A stretch of 64,000 nt of DNA from positions 2,587-66,586 of the forward strand of contig JAAYMU010000045.1 in NCBI GenBank assembly GCA_012521215.1, in the 5' to 3' direction. The stretch is from Peptococcaceae bacterium (GTDB lineage: Bacteria > Bacillota > Desulfitobacteriia > Desulfitobacteriales > Syntrophobotulaceae). A program made the position numbers and the translations under genes. Shown here piece by piece: positions 36,663 to 46,222 of this stretch. Every line of letters begins with the position of its first letter. Position 1 is the first letter of the stretch. A model generated the notes under the pieces. That model made no database searches and was not told the DNA's origin. It saw only the letters and a list, made by a program, of their open reading frames with translations.

Positions 36663-38086
36663 TGATTTCCACCTTCTTTCAATTCCAACGCCTTTTCGAT
36701 TACCGCTTTGGCGATCGGTGCAGCGGCACCTCCGCCTGTACCGCCGTTTTCCACCAAGACTGCCAAGGCAATAATAGGATTATCTGCGGGGGCAAAAGCA
36801 ATATACCAGGCATGTGTGTTTTGGTCACCCCCAGGTTCGGCGGATCCGGTCTTGGCTGCTATCTGCACTCCCGGTATAGCCCCAGGAGCAGCAGTTCCTT
36901 GGTTCACGGCCAAAACCATAGCGTCTTTTATCTTTTCTGCCTCTTCAACACTTAAAGCCTCCAGCCATACTTCCGGTTTAGAATTATATATAATATTCTG
37001 CTGTGAATCCAATACCCTGTCAATGAGGTGAGGAGTCATTATTTTTCCTTTATTGGCTACACCGGCGGTAATCAAAGCCATATGGAAAGGACTGACCATA
37101 ACCTGCCCTTGGCCAAAAGTACTTGCTGCAAAAAGATTTAAGTTTAACTTATCCGGCAAAGGATCATCCCTGGTAATAGAAGATCTGGGGATTTCTATAT
37201 CAAAAGGAATGCTTTGCCCGAAACCAAAACCGGCCGCGGCTTGCAAAAAGCTCTTATCTCCCGTTTTCACTCCATATTCAGCAAAATAATTGTTGCAGGA
37301 ATAAGCTAAGGCCAGGTCATAATTAACCCAGCCATGGGCCTTATGGTTCTGCTCTATTATGGTTTGACCATTAATCACGGTTGTCCCCTGGCAATGATAT
37401 AGGTCTGTAGTATCAAAACCGGAACGGAAAATTGCAACGGAAGTAACAACCTTCATAATTGAGCCCGGGGGGTATTTGGCAAAAGCATGGTTTAACATAG
37501 GACTGCCCTTACTGTTAACAACTTCATTCCAGTCCGCCACAATAGTATTGCCGTCAAAACTTGGCTGGCTCAGCAATACTAACACCTCCCCATTGCGGGG
37601 ATCCAGAGCAACCACCGCTCCCGCTCTGCCTTTCAATTTTTGGTAAGCCACTTCCTGCAGCCGGGTGTCCAAGGTTAAAATCAGATCATTACCTTCCCGT
37701 GGCAACTCAAAAGTATTCTGTATCTTTCTGACCAGTGATTTTTCCTTCATCCCTAAGAGATTAGCCGCCTCAGCAGCTTCCAGACCGGTAGAACCGTATT
37801 GAAGGGTAGCGTAACCCAACAAAGGCTGAAACATATCTTTTTGCGGGTATTCCCTCACCCTGCCCTTTTCCGTCTGTTTGGTTTGAGCCAATACAATACC
37901 GTTACGATCATAAATACCGCCTCTTTTAATTCTCTTTTCTAATAAAACCGCTCTGCGGTTGGCGGGATTATCCAACATGGTATCAGCACGAATTACTTGC
38001 CAATAAACAAGCCCAAAACTTAAAAATACAAAACTAAATACAAAAATCAAGGCAATTTTGCGTATGCCACTATTCATAAATACCAA
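36659..38086 (-). CDS. Class B penicillin-binding protein / peptidoglycan D,D-transpeptidase (PbpA-like)
   Basis: N-terminal TM helix, and transpeptidase motifs SIMK (SxxK) and KTGS. Confidence 0.88.
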   Translation of the reverse strand: MVFMNSGIRKIALIFVFSFVFLSFGLVYWQVIRADTMLDNPANRRAVLLEKRIKRGGIYDRNGIVLAQTKQTEKGRVREYPQKDMFQPLLGYATLQYGSTGLEAAEAANLLGMKEKSLVRKIQNTFELPREGNDLILTLDTRLQEVAYQKLKGRAGAVVALDPRNGEVLVLLSQPSFDGNTIVADWNEVVNSKGSPMLNHAFAKYPPGSIMKVVTSVAIFRSGFDTTDLYHCQGTTVINGQTIIEQNHKAHGWVNYDLALAYSCNNYFAEYGVKTGDKSFLQAAAGFGFGQSIPFDIEIPRSSITRDDPLPDKLNLNLFAASTFGQGQVMVSPFHMALITAGVANKGKIMTPHLIDRVLDSQQNIIYNSKPEVWLEALSVEEAEKIKDAMVLAVNQGTAAPGAIPGVQIAAKTGSAEPGGDQNTHAWYIAFAPADNPIIALAVLVENGGTGGGAAAPIAKAVIEKALELKEGGNQ

Positions 38087-39371
38087 CCCGCTTTCCTACT
38101 CGCACCCCGCTCATGGAAAAAGCAGAATTATGGGAAATATTTGTGACTAAGCCCAAAAGAAGAAAATGAATAATTAGTGAACTCCCCCCATAACTTACCC
38201 AAGGTAGCGGGAGTCCGGTCAGCGGAAGCATTTTGGTAACGCCGGCCAGAATAATTAATACTTCTAAACCGATTAAAATACCGATACCTGAGGCCAATAT
38301 CTGACCAAACCGGTCTGAGGCTTTAATACCTATAGCCAGCGCTCTTAAGACCAAAACTAAAAATAGAGTAATTACGGCCATAGCACCGAAAAAACCCAAT
38401 TCCTCGGCCATAACCGAAAAAATAAAATCACTTTCCGCCAGAGGAATCTGATAGGCACCGATACCGTTACCCAAGCCCGTACCCAATAACCGGCCACCGC
38501 TTATAGCAAAGATAGACTGAGCTATTTGAAATCCTCCTCCCGTGGAGTCCAACCAGGGATTAAGCCAAGTTGCCACTCTAATCTTTACATGATCGAACAA
38601 TATATAACCGGCTGTCCCCATAAGTACGACCAGCGGGACGGACGTAACGAGGTAAAACAGTCTTTCCGTAACCATATAGACAATAAAAACCATTAACAAG
38701 AAAAACACCAAGGCCGTACCTAAACTCTTTTGAGCTGCCAGCAAGGCCAACACAATGAGACAGATAAAAGCAAAAGGACCTAAGGTCTTTCTATCGGGCA
38801 AAGAAATTCTACCCACTTGAATAGTACCTACACGCAAAAGTTCCTGATTGTTGTTGAGATAGGCAGACATAAATAAAAGGAGTACTACTTTGACTAATTC
38901 CTCGGGCTGAAAACTTCTGGAGCCAATTTTTATCCAACTCGTAGCGCCATGAATATTAACTCCAAAAAGCAGGGTAATAAGAAGAAGCACTAAAGCTGCC
39001 AAACCCCAAATATACTGATATTGTTCCAATTTGCGGTAATCCCGTAGCCCGAAAAGAACGATATAAAAAACGACCAAACCCAAATTAGCCCATATGAACT
39101 GGTCCTCAGCTAGGGAAGGATTGATTCTGATTAACAAAACAAGACCAATAGCAAGCAAAGTCTCGGCAACCGACAATAAATAACGATCGCCGGCATAACC
39201 TAAGAATATTTCCAAAGCCGTACCTAAAAGAATAAGCACCGAAAAAACTACAGCCAGGGGAAGAAAATGGCTTTCTAACATATTGATCAGTTTCAAGACC
39301 AATAAACCAATCCAAAAAATAGCAAGAGTTAAAAATCTTAAGGAAAAACTATTAAGCATTTTTCTCCCCAT
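38070..39371 (-). CDS. SEDS family glycosyltransferase (FtsW/RodA/SpoVE)
   Basis: Polytopic membrane protein with a conserved PLPWVSYGGSS C-terminal motif. Confidence 0.9.
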   Translation of the reverse strand: MGRKMLNSFSLRFLTLAIFWIGLLVLKLINMLESHFLPLAVVFSVLILLGTALEIFLGYAGDRYLLSVAETLLAIGLVLLIRINPSLAEDQFIWANLGLVVFYIVLFGLRDYRKLEQYQYIWGLAALVLLLITLLFGVNIHGATSWIKIGSRSFQPEELVKVVLLLFMSAYLNNNQELLRVGTIQVGRISLPDRKTLGPFAFICLIVLALLAAQKSLGTALVFFLLMVFIVYMVTERLFYLVTSVPLVVLMGTAGYILFDHVKIRVATWLNPWLDSTGGGFQIAQSIFAISGGRLLGTGLGNGIGAYQIPLAESDFIFSVMAEELGFFGAMAVITLFLVLVLRALAIGIKASDRFGQILASGIGILIGLEVLIILAGVTKMLPLTGLPLPWVSYGGSSLIIHFLLLGLVTNISHNSAFSMSGVRVGKRVGIYE

Positions 39372-40086
39372 TTAAAATACAGCAAATTGCCGTAAAATTA
39401 TCGGGAGCCCCCCTCTTGATTATAAGATCCTTCAGTTTTTCCAAATGCTCCTCCCATGACCCTTCGCTCAGGAATTCCCTCGCTATCTCTTCATCTTCAA
39501 TAACATTGGAGAAACCATCCGTGCAGAGCAAAAAAACATCGCCGGCCTGTACTTCCAGCTGGAAATAATCTATTTCCGGATGTTCCTCCACCCCTAAAGC
39601 CCGAGAAAGTATGTTGCGGTGCGGATGGTCTTTGGCCTTTTCTTCAGAAATTTGTCCCATCCGAACCAGTTCATTAACCATGGAATGATCTTCAGAAAGC
39701 AGAGCAAGCTGACAGTTCCGCCAGATATAAACCCGACTGTCGCCAATGTGACCGATCACTGCCTTATTATCCTTTAACACCAAAGTGGTAAGCGTCGTTC
39801 CCATCCCTTCCATGCCGGTCTCATGGCGAGAGGCTTCAAATACTTCTTTATTGGCGTTCTCAATAGCCGATGCAATCCATTTTTGAATTTCATCGATACT
39901 AATAGAGTTTAACGAGGAGGCTCTTTTTTTCAGTTCTTCTATGGCCAGATAAGAGGCAACTTCTCCGGCGTTATGCCCACCCATGCCGTCAGCTACCGCA
40001 AATAGGCCATAGTCAGGTAAAACCAGGTAGGAATCTTCGTTATTCTTTCTTACACAACCTGTCTCATAAATACTAACTGTTTTCAT
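39352..40086 (-). CDS. prpC: PP2C-family Ser/Thr phosphatase (PrpC/PstP-like)
   Basis: NEDSY, VADGMGGH and CTDG motifs. I use the ATG at 40086 (MKTVSIYE), which is preceded by AGGTGGAG. Confidence 0.92.
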   Translation of the reverse strand: MKTVSIYETGCVRKNNEDSYLVLPDYGLFAVADGMGGHNAGEVASYLAIEELKKRASSLNSISIDEIQKWIASAIENANKEVFEASRHETGMEGMGTTLTTLVLKDNKAVIGHIGDSRVYIWRNCQLALLSEDHSMVNELVRMGQISEEKAKDHPHRNILSRALGVEEHPEIDYFQLEVQAGDVFLLCTDGFSNVIEDEEIAREFLSEGSWEEHLEKLKDLIIKRGAPDNFTAICCILNGEKNA

Positions 40087-40525
40087 TTCTCCACCTCGAA
40101 TAAACAAAAGTGATACCGCCAATTTTAATATAATCACCATCTACCAGTTGCACCGGGGAATCAATTCTTTCGCCGTTAACCCAGGTCCCGTTTGTGCTAC
40201 CGACATCCTCAATGGTCGTTACCCCTTTGTAATGTCTCAATTCAGCATGAACCAGGGAACAATAATGGTCGGGAAGAACAATATCGTTGTTTTTTCCTCT
40301 GCCGATTGTCAGTCCTTGCGCATCTATCCTTATTTTGCGGCCTTTGGGCAGCAAATCGGTGCCGCTTATCACTTCCAGGCAACCGACATCCAACTCGGGG
40401 GCTTTGCGCAAAATTCCCCTAGTCCTTAAGTCCGCCAACATAACCGTTAGAACTCGCAGCAGAAAAAGATAGATAAAGACAACAAATAAAATCCTTCCAA
40501 GGACCGTAATTATTTGCATTGCCAA
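40073..40525 (-). CDS. Membrane-anchored FHA-domain protein (FhaB/FipA-like)
   Basis: N-terminal TM helix plus a C-terminal FHA domain (GRGKNNDIVL...STNGTWVNG). Confidence 0.8.
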   Translation of the reverse strand: MAMQIITVLGRILFVVFIYLFLLRVLTVMLADLRTRGILRKAPELDVGCLEVISGTDLLPKGRKIRIDAQGLTIGRGKNNDIVLPDHYCSLVHAELRHYKGVTTIEDVGSTNGTWVNGERIDSPVQLVDGDYIKIGGITFVYSRWRNENS

Positions 40526-40533
40526 CCACCATC

Positions 40534-41319
40534 TTATTTGTCGATATTAAATCGGAAATGCGTTTGCCCAGCCCTGATCTTATCCCCATGATTTACCAAA
40601 TAGCGATCCACCCTCAACTTATTGACATAGGTACCGTTAGTGCTTCCCAAATCTTGAACAAGCCATCTGTTATTTTTAAACACAAGTCTAAAGTGTTGAC
40701 GGGATACCTCCATATCGTTGACTTTTATATCGCAGTCTTGGTTTCTCCCGACAGTTACTTCCTTTTGATCAAGATAATAGACTTTTCCAAGGTCATTGCC
40801 CTTAATAATTTCGAGATAATAATGTCTTTTCCTGCTCAAATCGGATTCCAATGAACTAGCTTTTTTGACATCATTTACCAAAACCGTAGTCTTTTCTAAA
40901 TGTTCCGTTTCGTCGCTATTATTTTCCTCTTCAATATACCAGGGGACGACAAGAGAGTGGGCAAACTCCCCCTTGATCTTTAGCCTGCCAGAGCTGATAT
41001 TCTCTCCAACTTTAATCTCGACAAGAGGCGGAGTTAAAAAAGTAAACCCCATTTCTCTGCCTTCATCATAAAGATGTTTGGCCAACTCCACGCGAAAAGT
41101 CTCACCAAAGCTTTCCAAAACGGAATAATCATTTTGATGCAGGTATACTGTGTATAAGTTGGGAACATATACGTTAGAAATGCTAACCTGTTTATTTTTT
41201 AGCATAACCTTGGACAGTTCCCTGGCAACTCTAACCGGTTGAATGGGACCGGATGAGTGACGGAAAAAGTAAGTCACAATATACTCTGCAAATGATTCGG
41301 CCTTGGCTAACAAATTCAT
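40534..41319 (-). CDS. DUF3662 + FHA domain protein (FhaA-like)
   Basis: N-terminal FhaA_N-like region (VARELSKVM..., VPNLYTVYL) plus a C-terminal FHA domain (GRNQDCDIKV...STNGTYVN). ATGA overlap with rlmN. Confidence 0.8.
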   Translation of the reverse strand: MNLLAKAESFAEYIVTYFFRHSSGPIQPVRVARELSKVMLKNKQVSISNVYVPNLYTVYLHQNDYSVLESFGETFRVELAKHLYDEGREMGFTFLTPPLVEIKVGENISSGRLKIKGEFAHSLVVPWYIEEENNSDETEHLEKTTVLVNDVKKASSLESDLSRKRHYYLEIIKGNDLGKVYYLDQKEVTVGRNQDCDIKVNDMEVSRQHFRLVFKNNRWLVQDLGSTNGTYVNKLRVDRYLVNHGDKIRAGQTHFRFNIDK

Positions 41320-42380
41320 GCCTTTTCACACTCCAAGCGTTGTCTTAGTTGGCCACAAGCAGCATCAATATCCAGGCCCTTTTCTTCCCGAAAGGAAACC
41401 GCGATCTTGGCGTCTTCTAATATCTTCTTAAACATTAACATTTCCCCCCTGGTCGGACGGCAAACCCCGCTTCTCTGTACCGGATTAACCGGTATTAGAT
41501 TGACATGGGCCATAATTCCCTTTAAAAGCTTAACAAGTCCTTGGGCTTCAAGTCTATTGGTGTTAGCATTATTCAAGGCGAATTCAAAAGTTACTCTACG
41601 ATTAGTAAGTTGCGTATAAGTGCGACAAGCTGCCATCAGGGAGGCAAGCGGATACTTTTTGTTGATGGGTATTAATTTGTCCCTGACTTCATCCCGCGAG
41701 GAGTGCAGGGAAATTGCTAACCCTACCTGAGGGCTATCTTTAGCTAGTTGAATTATTTTAGGGACCACTCCACTGGTCGAAACTGTCATTTTGCGCAGGC
41801 CAATGTTTTGACCGTCATGACTATTAAGAATAGAGATAGCTTTGAGAACGGCATCATAATTTAACAAAGGTTCACCCATGCCCATAAAAACAATATTTGT
41901 GATCCTGAACTCAGAATTTTCCTTCTTTAAGATTCTTAAAACATCCAAAACCTGACCCGTAATCTCTCCTATTGTCAGATTTCTCTTAAAACCTTCCATT
42001 CCGGTAGCACAAAACAAACAACCTACCGGACAACCCACCTGGGTAGAAACGCAAATTGTCTGTCGGTCTCGAGACTTGTCTTTCTCATAACCCATGAGGA
42101 CCGTTTCTATTCTTTCCCCGTCCGCCAACTCAAACAGAAATTTACGTGTTCCGTCTTTGGACTTTTGTTCTCTGATTAGAGTTGCAGGTCTAAGAGATAG
42201 AAATTTGCTTATTCTTTCTTTATCGGCTTGACTTATATTACTTATTTCTTCCCAGTCCGCTATAGCCTTTTGTTGTACCCATTGAAAGATCTGTTTCCCT
42301 CTAAACTTACTCAAACCATTACTTAAACATAACTCGGAAAGTTCTGCTTCCAGCAAGGATCTACAGTCAATCTTTTCCAT
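41316..42380 (-). CDS. rlmN: 23S rRNA/tRNA (adenine-C2)-methyltransferase, radical SAM
   Basis: CPVGCLFCATG radical-SAM motif and family-wide similarity. Confidence 0.95.
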   Translation of the reverse strand: MEKIDCRSLLEAELSELCLSNGLSKFRGKQIFQWVQQKAIADWEEISNISQADKERISKFLSLRPATLIREQKSKDGTRKFLFELADGERIETVLMGYEKDKSRDRQTICVSTQVGCPVGCLFCATGMEGFKRNLTIGEITGQVLDVLRILKKENSEFRITNIVFMGMGEPLLNYDAVLKAISILNSHDGQNIGLRKMTVSTSGVVPKIIQLAKDSPQVGLAISLHSSRDEVRDKLIPINKKYPLASLMAACRTYTQLTNRRVTFEFALNNANTNRLEAQGLVKLLKGIMAHVNLIPVNPVQRSGVCRPTRGEMLMFKKILEDAKIAVSFREEKGLDIDAACGQLRQRLECEKA

Positions 42381-42436
42381 ATCCCCTATTATTCACCTAT
42401 TCCAAAGTTTATAAACATGGTCCTACGGACATTCCT

Positions 42437-43828
42437 TTATCTTTCCTTCTTCAGTTTGGCGATAAAAAAACCGTCCATATCATGAAGATGGGGCAGAATC
42501 TGCCAGACTCCTTTGCGCAGTTGCGAAACATCCCGCTCGGCCGAAATTGCAAAAGGCAGTAAAGGAGTCAAATCAACCGGTTTAAATTCTGGCCTTAAGC
42601 GTCGAAAGGCTTTAATAACTTCAAAATTTTCTTCCGGTTCGGTTGTGCAGGTGGAATATACTAGTTCACCCTCATCGGCTACAAAAGATGCAGCTTGAAG
42701 TAAGATTTCCATTTGTAGTTCAGGCAGCTTCTCAATTTCATCTTCTCGCTTCTGCCAACGAAGATCAGCCCTTCTGCGGATAACCCCCAGTCCCGAACAG
42801 GGAGCATCGACCAAAACTCGGTCAAACTTACCTTCAATGCCCTCCAGCTTCCTGGCATCACTTTCTACTGTCCTAATAATGCTGATCCCCAAACGGCCGG
42901 CCAACTGTTCCACTAGCTCCAGCTTCTGCGGATAAATATCGACGGCGATAATTTCTCCTTTATTCTCCATAAGCTGAGCCAAATGGGTTGCTTTACCTCC
43001 CGGGGCACTGCAAGCATCCAGAACCCTTTGCCCTAGCCGTACCCCTAAGATATGGGCCACTAGTTGGGAGCTCTCATCCTGCACGGTAAAAAAACCCTCT
43101 TTAAACAAAGGTAGCTCCTCTAAACCGCCAAAACCTTCCATGCGAATAGCTTCCGGAAGCCGGGGAATAACTGTACCTTTTAGATTTAAACTCTCCAGTT
43201 TAGCAATTAATTCTTCTCTGCTAGTCTTAAGAGTGTTTACTCGAATAATGGTTGGAGACGGCTCATTATTGGCTTTGAGCAATTGCTCCGTTTCCTCTGT
43301 CCCCCACCTTTTTTGCCACCTCTTAACCAGCCATTCCGGATGAGAATAGCGTACGGCAAGGTAACGCCAAGGCTGCTTGTTTTTATCAGGCCAAGCAAAA
43401 TTCCATCCGCTTTCCGCTGTTCTGCGCAGCACGCTGTTTACCAGTGCGGAATACCTATGGCAACCGGCATGCTTAATATTCTTACAAAGATTGACAGCCT
43501 CATTAATTGCCGCAGCCACAGGAATTTTAGTTAGAAATAAGATTTGGAAGGCTCCAACGCGCAGAACGGCTCGCACCTCGAAAGGTAAGGCCGACATAGG
43601 TTTTGTTAAGTGCCGGCGCAAGGCATAGTCCAGCAAGAGCTTATTTTTTAAAACCCCGTTAACCAAGGAAGTTATAAATCGGCGGTCTCTTCCATCTTCC
43701 AGCTCGCTAAGATAATCTCTTAACAACAAGTTAGCATAAGCGCTATCTTTTTCCACTCTGGTAAGAATACGCACGGCTATTTGCCGTGCGTTTTTCTCTA
43801 AGCTATTGTTGGTTATTTTAGTCCTCAT
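42437..43828 (-). CDS. rsmB: 16S rRNA (cytosine967-C5)-methyltransferase
   Basis: N-terminal NusB-like domain, DACSAPGGKT and DAPCSG motifs. Confidence 0.93.
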   Translation of the reverse strand: MRTKITNNSLEKNARQIAVRILTRVEKDSAYANLLLRDYLSELEDGRDRRFITSLVNGVLKNKLLLDYALRRHLTKPMSALPFEVRAVLRVGAFQILFLTKIPVAAAINEAVNLCKNIKHAGCHRYSALVNSVLRRTAESGWNFAWPDKNKQPWRYLAVRYSHPEWLVKRWQKRWGTEETEQLLKANNEPSPTIIRVNTLKTSREELIAKLESLNLKGTVIPRLPEAIRMEGFGGLEELPLFKEGFFTVQDESSQLVAHILGVRLGQRVLDACSAPGGKATHLAQLMENKGEIIAVDIYPQKLELVEQLAGRLGISIIRTVESDARKLEGIEGKFDRVLVDAPCSGLGVIRRRADLRWQKREDEIEKLPELQMEILLQAASFVADEGELVYSTCTTEPEENFEVIKAFRRLRPEFKPVDLTPLLPFAISAERDVSQLRKGVWQILPHLHDMDGFFIAKLKKER

Positions 43829-43887
43829 AATTTTACATCCTTTTAATGTTTAAATAGGCCCACCTTTAAACTTAAATAGGCGGCCCT

Positions 43888-44589
43888 TTAATCGTCTCGG
43901 CCCTGAGCTATCCAAATAAATCTGAGTAAGGTAAGAATTGCACCTAGAGCTGCAGCAACGTAAGTCAAAGCCGCTGCACTCAACATACGCCTGGCCCCGC
44001 TTAATTCTTCTCTCGAAGAGAGCATGCCGCTATTTTCCAAAAAAGCCAAGGCTCTACTACTGGCATTAAACTCGACAGGAAGAGTAACTATTTGGAAAAA
44101 TACTGCAAAAGCAAAGGCATAAATCCCCAGGGGCAAAAGGAAATCAAATGAAGACATAATGAAGCCGATAATAATTAAAATTGGACCGATCTGACTGCCA
44201 AAAGAAGCCAGCGGAACAAATGCTGTTCTTAATTTTAAGGGTGCATACCCGTCAGCATGCTGGACCGCGTGCCCTGTCTCATGCGCAGCCACGGCGATAG
44301 CCGCAAGAGAAGTACTGTTATAAACCCCGCTGCTGAGGCGCACCGTATGAACTCTTGGATCATAATGGTCCGTTAAATTCCCTGCCACCTGTTCAACTTT
44401 CACATCATAAAGTCCATTTCTATCCAGAATTTCTCTGGCAACATCTGCTCCGGTACGTCCTGAGCTGCTCCTAATCCTGGAGTAGCGACCATAAGCGCTG
44501 CTGACTTTGGCCTGGGCATAAACCGTTAAGATAATGGCAGGAATTAATAAAATTGCCGAGGGATGAAACAAGGTGGGATCAAAAAACAT
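43888..44589 (-). CDS. Putative neutral zinc metallopeptidase (Zn_peptidase_2 family), membrane-associated
   Basis: HETGHAVQH motif and flanking hydrophobic segments. Confidence 0.85.
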   Translation of the reverse strand: MFFDPTLFHPSAILLIPAIILTVYAQAKVSSAYGRYSRIRSSSGRTGADVAREILDRNGLYDVKVEQVAGNLTDHYDPRVHTVRLSSGVYNSTSLAAIAVAAHETGHAVQHADGYAPLKLRTAFVPLASFGSQIGPILIIIGFIMSSFDFLLPLGIYAFAFAVFFQIVTLPVEFNASSRALAFLENSGMLSSREELSGARRMLSAAALTYVAAALGAILTLLRFIWIAQGRDD

Positions 44590-44735
44590 GCTTTTCCTCC
44601 TTTTGCTTAAACATCTTAAATTAAAGAATCAGCTCATTTACTAAACTTGGCTCCCAATAAAATTTTATAGCCTAGTTTTACTATTATTAGTATGCTCTGT
44701 CGAGCTTAAATCAAGCTTAAAAAAGTTGGGCTTTT

Positions 44736-45668
44736 TTAGGAAAACTGTTCCCCTGTGGAAATTTTGCGACCATTATAAAAATCCAAAGCCGTCATTTTCT
44801 TTTTACCGGCCGGTTGAAGAACATTAATTTTTAACCTGCCTTCTCCGGTACCAACAATAAAGCCTATGCCCCGTTCCAGCTTAATCTCCCCCGGAAGCAA
44901 TTCCGGCAGTAATTCTTTGTCCACTAACTCACTCTGCCAAATCTTTACCTGTTCCCCGCGAAAGGTAGTAAAGGCACCGGGCCAGGGACATAAACCTCTG
45001 ATTCGATTATGTATTTTTATGGCCGGCCAGGACCAGTCAAGTCTTTCATGCTCCCTTTGCAGCAATGGGGCATAAGAAAAATTATCCGGCTGGGGAATGG
45101 CTTGCAGCTTACCCGTTTCTAAGCCTTGTAAGGTATCCAGTAAAAGCTCCGCACCCAGCATCATTAATTTATCATGGATATCCCCCGTTGTAGCTTGGGT
45201 ATCGATATCCACCTCTTTAGCCAGCAGAATATCTCCGGTATCCAGCCCTTCATCCATAAGCATGGTCGTAACACCGGTTTTGCTTTCACCATTGATCAGC
45301 GCCCAATGAATAGGGGCCGCCCCCCGGTAAGCCGGCAACAAAGAGGCATGCACATTAACGCAACCAAAAACAGGGTATTCTAATATAGCGCGAGGTAAGA
45401 TTTGCCCATAGGCCACAACTACAATACACTCCGGCGCCAACTGCTGAATAATTTCCAAGGAAGCTTGGTCTTTAATACTAGAAGGTTGGTACAGCGGAAG
45501 ATTTAATTCTTGAGCCAAGATTTTAACCGGACTGGCAGTGATTTTACCTCCTCTGCCCGCCGGTCTGTCCGGTTGAGTAAAAACCCCGGCGATATGGTGA
45601 CCGGCTTCATACAAGGCCCGTAAAGAAGGGACTGCAAAAGCCGGCGTACCCATAAAAACAAGTTTCAC
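44736..45668 (-). CDS. fmt: Methionyl-tRNA formyltransferase
   Basis: MKLVFMGTPAFAVPSL and HASLLPAYRGAAPI. Confidence 0.96.
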   Translation of the reverse strand: MKLVFMGTPAFAVPSLRALYEAGHHIAGVFTQPDRPAGRGGKITASPVKILAQELNLPLYQPSSIKDQASLEIIQQLAPECIVVVAYGQILPRAILEYPVFGCVNVHASLLPAYRGAAPIHWALINGESKTGVTTMLMDEGLDTGDILLAKEVDIDTQATTGDIHDKLMMLGAELLLDTLQGLETGKLQAIPQPDNFSYAPLLQREHERLDWSWPAIKIHNRIRGLCPWPGAFTTFRGEQVKIWQSELVDKELLPELLPGEIKLERGIGFIVGTGEGRLKINVLQPAGKKKMTALDFYNGRKISTGEQFS

Positions 45669-45695
45669 TTTTTCTCACCTGGCCTCCCTATTTGT

Positions 45696-46151
45696 CTATT
45701 CGTTTCTATATATCTTTTTAGCTATATCCACAAAGAGAATTCCATCCAAATGATCTATTTCATGTTGAAATATCCTGGCCAGTAAATCTTCAGCCTCATA
45801 TTCCATCAATTCACCCTTGCGATTCAAGGCTTGCACCACAACTTTTTGGGCCCGCTCTACATCGCCGGTAACGTTTGGTACGCTTAAACAACCTTCCCGA
45901 TCTACCGTTTTACCTGATTTTTCAATGATAACCGGATTTATAAGTTCAAGAAGGCCATCCCCGGCATCAAGGACGACTACTCTTTTAGGAACTCCAATCT
46001 GCGGAGCAGCAAGTCCCACTCCTTGAGCCGCATACATGGTCTCCGCCATATTATCCAGCAATTTATGAATATTGGAATTAATCTTTTTTACTTCTAGCGC
46101 TTTTTCTCTTAAAATCTCTTCCCCGAGACGTACTACTTGAAATACGGCCAT
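45696..46151 (-). CDS. def: Peptide deformylase
   Basis: GVGLAAPQIG, EGCLS and HEIDH motifs. I use the start at 46151 (MAVFQVV); the track ORF has a 22-aa upstream extension. Confidence 0.95.
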   Translation of the reverse strand: MAVFQVVRLGEEILREKALEVKKINSNIHKLLDNMAETMYAAQGVGLAAPQIGVPKRVVVLDAGDGLLELINPVIIEKSGKTVDREGCLSVPNVTGDVERAQKVVVQALNRKGELMEYEAEDLLARIFQHEIDHLDGILFVDIAKKIYRNE

Positions 46152-46222
46152 GTTCCACGCCCCTTTTATGCAATAAATATTAATAGAAATTATACCTGCA
46201 ATAGGTCCTGAAAGCAATGAAG

